Source of the DNA: a bacterium
GTDB lineage: Bacteria > RBG-13-61-14 > DATKZS01
Length of the DNA stretch: 64,000 bases
NCBI GenBank assembly: GCA_963674965.2
Contig: CAXXFL010000001.1
Location: 1,248,001-1,312,000, forward strand
Reading direction: 5' to 3'
Below the pieces are notes generated by a model that saw nothing but the letters and a program-made list of their open reading frames with translations, was not told the origin of the DNA and ran no database searches. Shown piece by piece: positions 1 to 10,369 of the stretch (the first letter of the stretch is position 1; each line of letters starts with the position of its first letter). The position numbers and the translations under genes were made by a program.

Positions 1-117
1 GTTGTCCATGTCCGGTTTCTCGGGGGCGTCAACGAAGTCGTGGATCATGGCCGCGATCATGTTACGCATGGTCTCGTTGTTTCCCTCGCCAAACTCGAAG
101 TCGGGGTCGCACTGCAT
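1..117 (-). CDS. 5' part of a hypothetical protein (MQCDPDFEFGEGNNETMRNMIAAMIHDF...), truncated by the window edge
   Basis: ATG at 117 on the minus strand with GGAAAGGA SD-like sequence upstream; open to position 1; family not recognised. Confidence 0.5.
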   Translation of the reverse strand, partial: MQCDPDFEFGEGNNETMRNMIAAMIHDFVDAPEKPDMDN

Positions 118-157
118 TTTTCTATCCTTTCCGGGCGCCAAGGCCGGCGTCCGCTAG

Positions 158-171
158 ACTGACGCGTCAGT
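158..171. promoter_or_regulatory. Perfect 14-bp palindrome ACTGACGCGTCAGT, candidate repressor operator
   Basis: Self-complementary; about 40 bp upstream of the start codon at 117. Confidence 0.4.
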
Positions 172-248
172 TAAACTATTGAATTTATAAGGATATTATT
201 ACCCATGACCAGCCGCGTGTCAACCGTTTTTTCGTTAAATAATTATGC

Positions 249-1205
249 GGCTATATAGTTAACTCCGAATATGTGACTCCTCCGGATGTGGCGCATGCCC
301 TTATAAGCCGGTCGAAGAGTTCCTTTTCCCAGCGGCGGCGGTTGAAGCGATAGCAAAACTCGTCGAGGTAACTCTGCAGGTGCTTCCTGCCGATCCCGTG
401 GAAGGTCACGAGCAGGAAGGCCTTCGAATTCGAGGCCAGGATGTGGACCCATTTCAAAGCCGCGTGGCGCCTTTGCCGGAGACCTGGCGGACGTGTCCGT
501 GTCCCAATTCCTCGACAATATTATACGAGAGCCAACCGTCGGTGACGACCTCCTGCCCCGGCGCCACGTCGGCGCCGATCACATCCTTGAAGGTGGCGCC
601 GTCGAGGCCGCCAATGACCCGCATCCGGGCGAAGCCGATCCCGCGACCGCCCTTATCGCCATCGAAAGTAGAGGCCTCGATCATGACCGGCGCCTTGCTC
701 GTGCCCAGGCCGCGCTTGCCGCCGCCCTCCTTCTTGCCGCCGTAATACGACTCGTCCACCTCGATAACTCCCCGCAACGTATACAGTTCGTTGCTATCGG
801 ACATGGCCCGACGGATTTTATGAAGCATGGTCCAGGCAACGTAATAACTCACGCCGAGTTTTTTCGAGAGTCGCAAGGCGCTAAGCCCGCGCTTGTCGTT
901 GGCCACAAGATATATCGCCCAGAACCACTTCCGAAGCGGAGTGCGGGTCCGGTGCATGACCGTGCCGGCGGTGACGGAGGTCTGGTGGCCGCATGACTTG
1001 CACTGGTAAATCTTGCGCCTGGGCAGGTCGAAATACTCGCCGTGGCCGCACCTCGGGCACGAGAATCCATCGGGCCATTTAAGCTTGAAAAGGCGCTTTC
1101 GGCAAGCCTCCTCGGTCCTAAACCTCCTCTGAAATTCCATAATACCCAGCTCGCCATACTTTTTGTCCATAGTGCATTCCTTTCATATTAGGACTCAACT
1201 ATATA
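249..1205 (-). mobile_element. IS1595-family insertion sequence (degenerate)
   Basis: Terminal IR GGCTATATAGTTAACTCCGAATATG (249-273); imperfect partner CATATTAGGACTCAACTATATA (1184-1205, 19/22 match, terminal GCC missing); encloses the transposase. Confidence 0.8.
251..1170 (-). pseudogene. IS1595-family transposase, frameshifted near 455-465
   Basis: N-terminal Zn ribbon (CPRCG...YQCKSC), VEVDESY and VVTDGW DDE motifs in ORF 454-1170; C-terminal KHLQSYLDEFCYRFNRR in a separate frame (251-457). Confidence 0.85.
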
Positions 1206-1212
1206 ATTTATT

Positions 1213-2646
1213 CTGAACTTTAGAACTTTTTAGTCTGGTTTGCACGTATCGACATTAAGCAGCCTCCTTGAGGGGCGTAATTTCCTCTGGTTTGGGGTCG
1301 GAATGGAAAGCGGGAGAAATTCGCAAAGCCTTGTAGAAAGCGCGTCGGAGCCGACCGACGCTTGGGGGGCCGCTCGGGTCCCACCACGGTTCGGCCTCGA
1401 TCTTTTCCGCCTCCGGGACGCAAAGGGCAAGCAGGCCCAAAAGGCCGTAGGCGACCAGGCAGAGGTTGGCGTGGCGCTTGATGGCCGTGAACGACCTCTG
1501 GCGATAGTCGCCGAAACCGCCCGCCGTCTTCACCTCCCGGAACAACTCCTCGATCTTCCAGCGGCCCGAATACGTTTCCAGCGCCCGCTCCGGCTTCATC
1601 TCGACGTCGGTGGTGAAAAACACGTTCATTTTTTTGCCGGAGCGCCGGGGGAAAATGATGACGAGTATCGGCTTGTCGCCGAGGGTGGCGCTGGGGACCA
1701 TCACCCCGACGAAGGCCTCGATGGTAACGGTCTTGCCGTAAATCCTGGCCTTGATTTTTTCGCGCTTCGATCTTTTCAACCACAGTTGTTGGGGGCTGAA
1801 CTTCTTGCCGCGCTTGGGCGGCCTTCCCGGACCATTCTTCCTTTTGGGGAGTTCGTAGAGCGCCGCGTTCGAGCGGAGGCGGCTGATCAGGACCACCTCT
1901 TTGCCGTCGAACTCGAGACCGGCCAACTTGGCCTTGGCGTAGAGGTTGTCCACCACCAGGACCAGTCTCCGAGCGGGCCAGGAGAACCTTTTTATCATCA
2001 TGGCGGCCAACTCGATCTTGGTTTTGAACTCCCATCCCTTGGGGCAAAACTTTTCCTGGACGAAGAGCAGCGCCGAGAGGGGGAAGGCGAACCACTTGCC
2101 CCCGCGCTCCCATAGAAGCGCCATCACCACCCAGCAGTGGCCGAGCACCCGGCGCTTTTGATGGCCGGGGTTTTTGTCCGTCGGGTCCGGGTAATAGCCC
2201 AGACCGAAGAACTTCTTGCCCCATTTCTTGACCAGGGTGTCGTCGACGGCGACGACGATCTCGTCCATGATCTTGAGTCGTTGGGCCACCAGGTCGAGCA
2301 GGCATTGACTCACCTTTTGGCAGGACCACCGGCCCTTGCGCATGAAAGCGTAGGGCGTGGTCCAGTGCATGACCCGGTGGACTTGGGTGAGGCGCATGAC
2401 CTCGGTCACGCAGTGCTGGAGACCGAACAGCGCCGCGTGGGCGATAATGAAGGTCTGGAAGTGCTCGAACCCGGGCTTGGAGAAGCAGTTGACAAATACA
2501 AGCATCAGCGGCAACATAAGAGCTTGAGCGTTCATCAGCGTTCACTCCCGCGTTATGAGGGCCGATCACACCTCTCATTATACGGGAAAAACTGGTGAAC
2601 GCTATTTTTACATGGTGGAACATGGCTAAAAAGTTCTAAAGTTCAG
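1213..2646 (-). mobile_element. Intact insertion sequence, 1434 bp (IS701-like / IS4-superfamily DDE)
   Basis: Perfect 21-bp inverted repeats CTGAACTTTAGAACTTTTTAG (1213-1233) and CTAAAAAGTTCTAAAGTTCAG (2626-2646); flanking 8-bp direct repeat AATTTATT (1205-1212, 2647-2654). Confidence 0.92.
1255..2535 (-). CDS. DDE transposase (IS701-like, DDE_5-type)
   Basis: VAVDDTLVKKWG, GHCWV, VVDNLYA and YSGRWKIEELFREVK (Y-R-E-K) motifs; lies inside the IRs. Confidence 0.88.
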   Translation of the reverse strand: MNAQALMLPLMLVFVNCFSKPGFEHFQTFIIAHAALFGLQHCVTEVMRLTQVHRVMHWTTPYAFMRKGRWSCQKVSQCLLDLVAQRLKIMDEIVVAVDDTLVKKWGKKFFGLGYYPDPTDKNPGHQKRRVLGHCWVVMALLWERGGKWFAFPLSALLFVQEKFCPKGWEFKTKIELAAMMIKRFSWPARRLVLVVDNLYAKAKLAGLEFDGKEVVLISRLRSNAALYELPKRKNGPGRPPKRGKKFSPQQLWLKRSKREKIKARIYGKTVTIEAFVGVMVPSATLGDKPILVIIFPRRSGKKMNVFFTTDVEMKPERALETYSGRWKIEELFREVKTAGGFGDYRQRSFTAIKRHANLCLVAYGLLGLLALCVPEAEKIEAEPWWDPSGPPSVGRLRRAFYKALRISPAFHSDPKPEEITPLKEAA

Positions 2647-2805
2647 AATTTATTTAAAGCGAATTGGACCGCTTGTCAACGGTCCTGGCAAACGATAAAA
2701 TTACGCTAATTGGAAGAGAGGTTTAGAGGATTTCTTTCTGAGGGAACTCGAGAACCATCCACATTTTCATTATATCCACAAGGCTTTTTAGATGTATAGA
2801 GATAA

Positions 2806-2821
2806 TGTTTCACGTGAAACA
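2806..2821. promoter_or_regulatory. parS: parS centromere-like site (perfect)
   Basis: TGTTTCACGTGAAACA equals the canonical Spo0J/ParB parS palindrome. Confidence 0.9.
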
Positions 2822-2830
2822 ATAGGGCTG

Positions 2831-2846
2831 GGTTTCACGTGAAAAC
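2831..2846. promoter_or_regulatory. parS: Second, imperfect parS site overlapping the rsmG stop codon
   Basis: GGTTTCACGTGAAAAC; central TTTCACGTGAAA intact. Confidence 0.65.
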
Positions 2847-3488
2847 TTTTCGGTAGACCACTATCTTTCTTCCGGCCTTTTTTCCTGGAATATCGTATTC
2901 TTTCTCAGACTCCATTTCCAGTCCATGAATTTCCTCGGTCCTTTCATTTATCCCCTTAAGAAGCGCCATGCGGCCTCCTTCCTTTAAATATTTTCCGCCT
3001 TTTGCGAAAATATAACTCGCGTCTCCAACCGCTTTGGAAATCATGATAGTGAAAGCCTCAATGTACTCCCCTCCAAGGCCTTCGACCCTCGAATTGATCG
3101 CCCTGGCGTTAAGCAATCCCAGCCTCCTTATGGCCTCATCCATGAATGTACACCTCTTCCGCCTAGAATCCACCAGGTCGAAACTGACCGACTCCATGAC
3201 TATGGCCAAAGGAATGCCCGGTATGCCCGCCCCGCTGCCGAAATCCATTACTCGAGGATTTTCCTGCCCCTTAATAATAACCTCCATGATAGGCGCCAGG
3301 ACCATTGAATCCAGGATCAACTCGATTATCCTCTCCCGCTCTCCCTTTACTCCCGTCAGGTTCATCCTTGCCGACCATTTGTCCAGCAGTATTAGATAGG
3401 AGACTATCTTGTCCACCATGCCTTCATCCAATTCAACTCCCAGCTTCACGGACTCGACAATTAAAAGATCCCGGTTAGACTCTTCCAT
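2835..3488 (-). CDS. rsmG: 16S rRNA m7G527 methyltransferase RsmG (GidB)
   Basis: WSARMNLT, MDFGSGAGIPGIPLAI, LVDSRRKR; directly downstream of mnmG. Confidence 0.92.
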   Translation of the reverse strand: MEESNRDLLIVESVKLGVELDEGMVDKIVSYLILLDKWSARMNLTGVKGERERIIELILDSMVLAPIMEVIIKGQENPRVMDFGSGAGIPGIPLAIVMESVSFDLVDSRRKRCTFMDEAIRRLGLLNARAINSRVEGLGGEYIEAFTIMISKAVGDASYIFAKGGKYLKEGGRMALLKGINERTEEIHGLEMESEKEYDIPGKKAGRKIVVYRKVFT

Positions 3489-3501
3489 TCCCCTTCCCCG
3501 G

Positions 3502-5376
<1,875 letters not shown>

Positions 5377-5421
5377 AAAATCATTCTACCACGTTTTCCC
5401 AAACCCCTCCCCAAAAAGTTC

Positions 5422-5449
5422 TTGCCATACAATATGGGTCTGGTATAAT
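5422..5449 (+). promoter_or_regulatory. Sigma70-like promoter, divergent from mnmG
   Basis: TTGCCA-16 bp-TATAAT with extended TGn motif. Confidence 0.5.
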
Positions 5450-5480
5450 CATGTAGATATTTCCCTATTTTCCAGAATGT

Positions 5481-5835
5481 GGCTATGCGGTTAACTCCGA
5501 ATATGTGACTCCTCCGGATGTGGCGCATGCCCTGATAAGCCGGTCGAAGAGTTCCTTTTCCCAGCGGCGGCGGTTGAAGCGATAGCAAAACTCGTCGAGG
5601 TAACTCTGCAGGTGCTTCCTGCCGATCCCGTGGAAGCTCCCGAGCAGGAAGGCCTTCGAATTTGAGTCCAGGATATGGACCCATTTCATCGCCGCTTTGG
5701 CGCCTTTGCCGGAGACCTGGCGGACGCGTTCGTGTCACAATGCCTGGGTGGTATTATAATAGAGCCAGCCGTATGTAACTACCTCTTGCCCCGGCGTTAT
5801 GTCGGCTCCGGTCGCGCTATGTTTAAAAATGTGGT
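5481..5835 (-). mobile_element. IS1595-family remnant (downstream end and 3' part of transposase only)
   Basis: Begins GGCTATGCGGTTAACTCCGAATATG; close match to 249-600 that decays after about 5720; encodes KHLQSYLDEFCYRFNRR; right boundary approximate. Confidence 0.85.
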
Positions 5836-5849
5836 GATGGTCCCGGGCT

Positions 5850-7007
5850 TTATAGCATTTTAGCAAGGATTATTGACCTCAGATACTCGGCCTCTTCCAT
5901 GGAAACGCCTATAGCGAAGCTGACTTCACGGTCGGCGGTTCGGGCAATGATACCGGCTGAGGGTTTGTGCTTGTCCCTCTTCGACCAGGCGCTGACGCCC
6001 GTCACCTGCAGATCGATAATGTCTCCTGTCCTGATAACGTCCTGCTTTTCAAAGATTACTCCCTTCATGTATACGTCCAGGACGTTGTTGCCGGCCTTGA
6101 TCTCGGTCCTTGCCAAGTAGGCGGTGAGTGCCTTCTTGACCAGGCCGGCCAGGGGAAGAAAGACCAGGACCAGACCCAGGGCGACGTACATGGCGGCCCT
6201 TACTCCCGGCGGCGTTTTGGTGGCTATCAGCCAGGGCCCGAATTGGTATACCAGGAAACCGTATATCGCCGGCGGAACGAGGGTCCCCGCTACTTGCAAT
6301 GGCCGCAAAGGCCTTTCCTTTAAAGATATTCTAAGCCATCCCGGGCCTTCCTCAACTTGGGCCAACCCCTTTTCTGGTGGAGGAGAGTATGGCATATCTC
6401 CAGCTTCACGAGTCCGTTGCACCAGGTTGAGGGCCGCTCTTTCCGGCGGGATGGTCTCCGTCTCGGAAAAGCAGGAGTTCTCGAGGGGCATGTCAAGAAA
6501 CAAGGCCAGTTCGACCGCCGTCCGCCTCGAAGCCGCATAATCGGTCGAGCCGAAAACTCTGACCCTGTCATTCTGACCGATAAGTTCCACCGGGAAGGAG
6601 TCCGCCGAGTCCGAATCTCCCTCATCCCGTCGGAGGCTTACCTTGTTAAAGCGGCTTAGGTCTCGCTCGTCGGAGCCTCGCCACCAGAGCAAGCTCTTCC
6701 AAATAACAACCCGCCCCAAGGCCCGGTCGATGGAAGCCCCCCTTTTCCCGAACATAATCCAGGAGCCCACTCCCACAAAAGCGGCGGCCATAATCGCCAT
6801 GGCCGGCCCGCCCCACCAGGGCAACTGGTCCCGATTCTCCACCGGTATCAGGCCGGCCGCGCCCAGCAGGATCAGAATCCCCGCCAGAAAAAAAGGAAGC
6901 CCGATCAACCCCGCAAACCCGCCCCCCTCCGAGCGTTCCCACTTGTCGGGGTCCTTTGTAAATCGCCTGTATCCGCCCATCTTCATGGTAGAAGAATAAT
7001 CGGCCAT
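5850..7007 (-). CDS. Hypothetical membrane protein (two repeats of a TM pair plus soluble domain)
   Basis: About 385-aa ORF with four hydrophobic segments; family not recognised. Confidence 0.7.
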   Translation of the reverse strand: MADYSSTMKMGGYRRFTKDPDKWERSEGGGFAGLIGLPFFLAGILILLGAAGLIPVENRDQLPWWGGPAMAIMAAAFVGVGSWIMFGKRGASIDRALGRVVIWKSLLWWRGSDERDLSRFNKVSLRRDEGDSDSADSFPVELIGQNDRVRVFGSTDYAASRRTAVELALFLDMPLENSCFSETETIPPERAALNLVQRTREAGDMPYSPPPEKGLAQVEEGPGWLRISLKERPLRPLQVAGTLVPPAIYGFLVYQFGPWLIATKTPPGVRAAMYVALGLVLVFLPLAGLVKKALTAYLARTEIKAGNNVLDVYMKGVIFEKQDVIRTGDIIDLQVTGVSAWSKRDKHKPSAGIIARTADREVSFAIGVSMEEAEYLRSIILAKML

Positions 7008-7068
7008 CAAGATAATAGCCAGAAAAATCTCCTCCCGGCAAAAAATTTCAAGCCTTCTATAAAAGTGC

Positions 7069-7096
7069 TTGCCACACGAATCAGCTTTGTTATAAT
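7069..7096 (+). promoter_or_regulatory. Sigma70-like promoter
   Basis: TTGCCA-16 bp-TATAAT with TGn extension, upstream of ORF 7181. Confidence 0.5.
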
Positions 7097-7180
7097 CTCA
7101 GTTGTAATCCGTCCCCTTTAAAAGCTGGGGCGGCCAATATAAAAGTACGGAGCATAAGGCGAATCAGGAGAGTGTCGGCC

Positions 7181-7519
7181 ATGGAAATTACATATTTTGG
7201 GATGGGGGACATTGGCCTTTATGTCTTTTCGATTTTCTGCATTGCTTTTACAATCGTTCGGAAAAAACAATTGGGAAGTGAAAAGAGAATCGATTATAAA
7301 TTCGATATCCCCATATTCTTTCTTTTCATTACCTTGCAAACCATTGTTTATACTCAACTTTCGGATTACAGCGTGCTTGCCCTTATTATCAATATTGCCT
7401 CCTGCGCTTTGGCTTACTGCACGGAAGGAGCGTACATCTCGCTCAAGGGAAAAGAATTTGCCGACGCGGCGAAGCAATATGATATCGACGCCCAGGCGGC
7501 GCGTGGGTCTGGGAGGTAG
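7181..7519 (+). CDS. Small hypothetical membrane protein
   Basis: AGGAG upstream of ATG 7181; three hydrophobic stretches; AT-rich. Confidence 0.5.
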   Translation: MEITYFGMGDIGLYVFSIFCIAFTIVRKKQLGSEKRIDYKFDIPIFFLFITLQTIVYTQLSDYSVLALIINIASCALAYCTEGAYISLKGKEFADAAKQYDIDAQAARGSGR

Positions 7520-7574
7520 TCGTTTATCTTGTGGATGCATTCAGTTAATTCTATAAATCTTTTCCCCTCTGGCG

Positions 7575-8807
7575 ATGAAAAAGGATATGCAATCTATGAC
7601 TAACAAGGACCACATGCTTTCGGTCATGCGGGGGGAAGATGTTGAGGTTATCCCTTACGCTCCTCGTCTGGATTTATGGTGGCTGTCGAACAGGCTGAGG
7701 GGGACCCTGCCCGATCGCTTCAATGACATGAGGCCCGACGATATCGCCAGGGCCGAGGGCTGGGCCTGCTATCATATGGTGCCCGACTTCACCAACCTGA
7801 CGAGCGGGCCGGAGGGCACGCTCCATCGCGCCATCGGGCTTTACGACTTTAAGCAATCGGTATATCGCTGGCGTTTCTCGGGTGACGTGGAGGTCAATGT
7901 TAACAACCGGGACGACGGCTTGCAGGAGATCGAGTATCGCACTCCCGCGGGCGTGGTCTCGACCATTGGCGGCCATACGGAGGAGATGAAGAAGCAGGGA
8001 GCGTCCCTTGGCTGGACCCGGAAGCACCTGGTGGAGGACCCGAAGGATATCGAGGCTGCCGGATACCTCTTCTCCAGCCTCGAGGTTTTCGCCAACTACG
8101 ACGGCGGTCTCGAATATATAAACGAGATCGGCGGATGCGGCGCGGTGGCGGCCGGCGGTCCTTCTTTGGGCGCTTCTCCCATGCACCTTATTCAAAAGGA
8201 GCTGATCGACCCTACGGAATTTTTCATCTGGCAAAAGGAGCGCCCTAAAGAGCTGGCCGATCTGTCGGAGAAGGTATCCGTTTATTACGACAAGGCCCTT
8301 TCCATAATCGAGTATTCCCCGGCGGAGGTGGTGATGTGGGGAGGAAATTACGACGCCATGCTGACATATCCGCCCTATTTCGAAAGAGACATTCTTCCCT
8401 GGTTGCAAAAAGCTTCCGCCCGTCTTCAGGGCAAGGGCAAGCTCGTGGTCACCCATACGGACGGCGAGAACCAGGGCCTTATGGACCTGATAGCGGCCTC
8501 GGGCGTGGACATGGCCGAATCCATAACGCCCTTCCCCATGACCAAGCTCACAGTCAAGGATTATTATGAGCAATGGTCTCCGAAGCTTACCTTAATGGGG
8601 CTTATTCCCGAGTGCGTTCTGCTTGCCAACGAAACCAGCGACGCGAGTTTCGAGGCCTTCCTGGACGAGCTTTTCAAGTCGATCGCCCCTGGCCGCCGCG
8701 TCATCCTGGGCATAGCCGACTCGACCCCTCCCAACGCGTCCTTCGACAGGCTGAGGCGTATTGGCGATCGAGTGGCCAAGGAGTGTAGAATACCCATACA
8801 ATATTAA
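7575..8807 (+). CDS. Uroporphyrinogen decarboxylase / MtaA-CmuA methyltransferase family protein
   Basis: URO-D-like features: YRTPAG, THTDGEN, ESITPFP, ILGIADSTPPNA. Confidence 0.75.
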   Translation: MKKDMQSMTNKDHMLSVMRGEDVEVIPYAPRLDLWWLSNRLRGTLPDRFNDMRPDDIARAEGWACYHMVPDFTNLTSGPEGTLHRAIGLYDFKQSVYRWRFSGDVEVNVNNRDDGLQEIEYRTPAGVVSTIGGHTEEMKKQGASLGWTRKHLVEDPKDIEAAGYLFSSLEVFANYDGGLEYINEIGGCGAVAAGGPSLGASPMHLIQKELIDPTEFFIWQKERPKELADLSEKVSVYYDKALSIIEYSPAEVVMWGGNYDAMLTYPPYFERDILPWLQKASARLQGKGKLVVTHTDGENQGLMDLIAASGVDMAESITPFPMTKLTVKDYYEQWSPKLTLMGLIPECVLLANETSDASFEAFLDELFKSIAPGRRVILGIADSTPPNASFDRLRRIGDRVAKECRIPIQY

Positions 8808-8856
8808 CTCCATCTTAGCGCATGGGACCTGGTAATGACTTTATGGAGGCTTTGAC

Positions 8857-10035
8857 ATGAATCAAAAGATCTCGAGAAGGAAAGCTATAAGCGGATCGGT
8901 CTTGGCCGCGGCCGGTTTGGGCACTGGCGGTCTCGTTGTCGGCTGCGCGGCGAAGAAGGACCGCAGGCCGCCGGAGATGGGGCCGGGGTATCCGTTTTAC
9001 TGCACCGAGGCGCCGGAGATTACCGAGCCGGGTCCTCTCATACGGGAGGACGGGACCGGCAGATGCGGCTGGTGTCGTAAGCCGATCCTCGACCTGAACC
9101 TGGAGGACGCAAGATTTTACGGGCTTCCCTATTTCCAGCGTTACCGCCTCAAGAAGTGGGAGATGTACTACGTGGTCACGCCGGATTTTTATCTTACCTT
9201 TATCATCGCCTGGATCGGTTACGCGGCCTTTTGCGAGGCCGCCATTTACGACAGGTCAAGCAAAGATCGCGAGTCCGTTTTCCACCTGAAGCCGCCCCAG
9301 CCGGAAATCCAGATGATGCGAAACCCCACCGGCGGCGTGACGGAATTTAACAGCCGCGCTCTTTCCATGTCATTTGACGTGGAAGGCGACCTCCGCGTCA
9401 TCAAGACCAAGGCGGCCAAGCTTGGCGGCCTTCCTTTTGAATGCGAACTCGAGCTTATCCATCCCGAGGCGGACGACTGTATTTGCGGCTCCCACCTCAT
9501 GCATCCCAGGCGCGCCTACTTCGGGCAGAAAATAACGGGCATGAAGACCGGAGGAAGGTGGAAGCTTGGCGGCGAGGTCCATAATCTCGACCCCGAGGAA
9601 TGCGTTAGCATGCTCGATTTCGGCCGGGGCCATTACCCGCCCCGCAAGTTCTGGTACTGGTCCATCAGCTCGGGCCGGGCCAAGGACGGGGGCATGGTGG
9701 GCTGGAACCTGGGCCACGGCAACAACCCGGACGAGACCGTCGAGAACAGCGTCTTCTATAACGGCGCCATCCATAAAATGACCAGTCCCGTCGAGGTGGA
9801 CTTTACCTACGACAACTTAGACAAGCCCTGGCGAATCCAGACCCGGGACGGAAGATGCGATCTTTCCATGGTCCCCGAGACTGTGAGCTACATGGATGTC
9901 TCTCTTGGATACCTTTACTCTCACGGCCGCTCCGCCCTGGGTATATATAAAGGATTCGTAACCCTTGACGACGGCAAAAAGATCGAGCTGGAGAATCTCT
10001 TCGGCATCTTCGAATGGGTCGATCAAAGATGGTGA
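8857..10035 (+). CDS. Tat-exported lipoprotein, DUF2804-like
   Basis: SRRKAI twin-arginine signal followed by VVGC lipobox; GWCRKPILDLNLE, RLKKWEMY, LDFGRG, GWNLGHG, EN motifs. Confidence 0.7.
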   Translation: MNQKISRRKAISGSVLAAAGLGTGGLVVGCAAKKDRRPPEMGPGYPFYCTEAPEITEPGPLIREDGTGRCGWCRKPILDLNLEDARFYGLPYFQRYRLKKWEMYYVVTPDFYLTFIIAWIGYAAFCEAAIYDRSSKDRESVFHLKPPQPEIQMMRNPTGGVTEFNSRALSMSFDVEGDLRVIKTKAAKLGGLPFECELELIHPEADDCICGSHLMHPRRAYFGQKITGMKTGGRWKLGGEVHNLDPEECVSMLDFGRGHYPPRKFWYWSISSGRAKDGGMVGWNLGHGNNPDETVENSVFYNGAIHKMTSPVEVDFTYDNLDKPWRIQTRDGRCDLSMVPETVSYMDVSLGYLYSHGRSALGIYKGFVTLDDGKKIELENLFGIFEWVDQRW

Positions 10036-10369
10036 TTTGACATTTGTAATTCGTTTTTTTAAAAGACCCGTTTTTGCCTCTTTATACCGCCATGTTTAAA
10101 AATAATCGCGTGGTTTTTCAACCCCCATTATTTTAGTGTGGCGGGTTTTTCTATCGTTTCATGCTCTTTCTTAAAAATATGCTAGACAAATCCCCATCGC
10201 TGGCTTAATATCTGCCTTTTTTCTCCCTTCTTCGTCTTGATTAATCCCATTTCATTTCCATTACTCCTCCAATTCACTGATTTTCCAATGTATATTTATA
10301 CCGGTTTTTTATTGCATTCCAATCGGTAAAGTGCTATCTTTATCTAAAATACAAAAATGGAGGGCCAAG

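Noticed and set aside
440-480. Programmed ribosomal frameshift in the IS1595 transposase
   Set aside because: No slippery heptamer is evident, and the second copy is in frame at this junction, which points to a simple 1-bp deletion
1220-2623. 467-aa and 291-aa alternative-frame ORFs over the IS transposase
   Set aside because: Arg/Pro/Gly-rich shadow frames of a GC-rich gene with no recognisable motifs; the same applies to most long antisense ORFs in the track (e.g. 34582-35778, 50001-51368, 55183-56682)
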